This document shows positions 63,955 through 64,000 of a stretch of DNA of 64,000 bases, piece after piece. Position numbers and translations under genes: made by a program. Within the stretch, counting starts at the first letter, position 1. Every line of letters starts with the position of its first letter. Location of the stretch: NCBI GenBank assembly GCA_038087875.1, contig CM075998.1, positions 2,420,001 to 2,484,000 of the forward strand, in the 5' to 3' direction. Below the pieces are notes generated by a model. The model did no database searches. It saw nothing but the letters and a program-made list of their open reading frames with translations, and was not told the origin of the DNA. This stretch comes from Malacoraja senta. Its lineage: Eukaryota.

Positions 63955-64000
63955 GTGAGGAAGTGGGATAAAGAAATACTCCAGCGGTGTGTTGCTGAAG

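Overview
Eukaryotic, repeat-rich genomic DNA. The repeat families (HE1-type V-SINEs, CR1/HER1 LINEs, Rex1/Babar LINEs, Penelope-like elements, Deu-domain SINEs) point to a cartilaginous fish, probably a skate or ray (inference). One protein-coding gene is recognisable: the 5' part of tensin-2 (TNS2) on the + strand. Eight GT-AG coding exons (32170-32284, 40238-40275, 52869-52913, 57164-57205, 59003-59052, 60576-60747, 62877-62927, 63832-63954) join in frame. They encode an atypical C1 zinc finger, a linker and the N-terminal PTEN-like phosphatase domain up to the catalytic HCK; the gene continues past the window. Phase-compatible candidate first coding exons lie at 15179-15229 and 23808-23852. 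The rest is intronic or upstream DNA full of retroelement fragments, two TIR-bearing MITEs, microsatellites and a 200-N gap. The most interesting non-gene signals are: many copies of a minimal hammerhead-ribozyme-like core in Penelope termini; foldback Penelope-terminus insertions flanked by direct duplications; a CAAAG-ended MITE with a perfect 8-bp TSD and an internal hairpin; a perfect 42-bp palindrome; and a locally templated inverted insertion. No prokaryote-type system (CRISPR, operon) is present. Repeat family names come from recognition, not database searches, and repeat boundaries are approximate.
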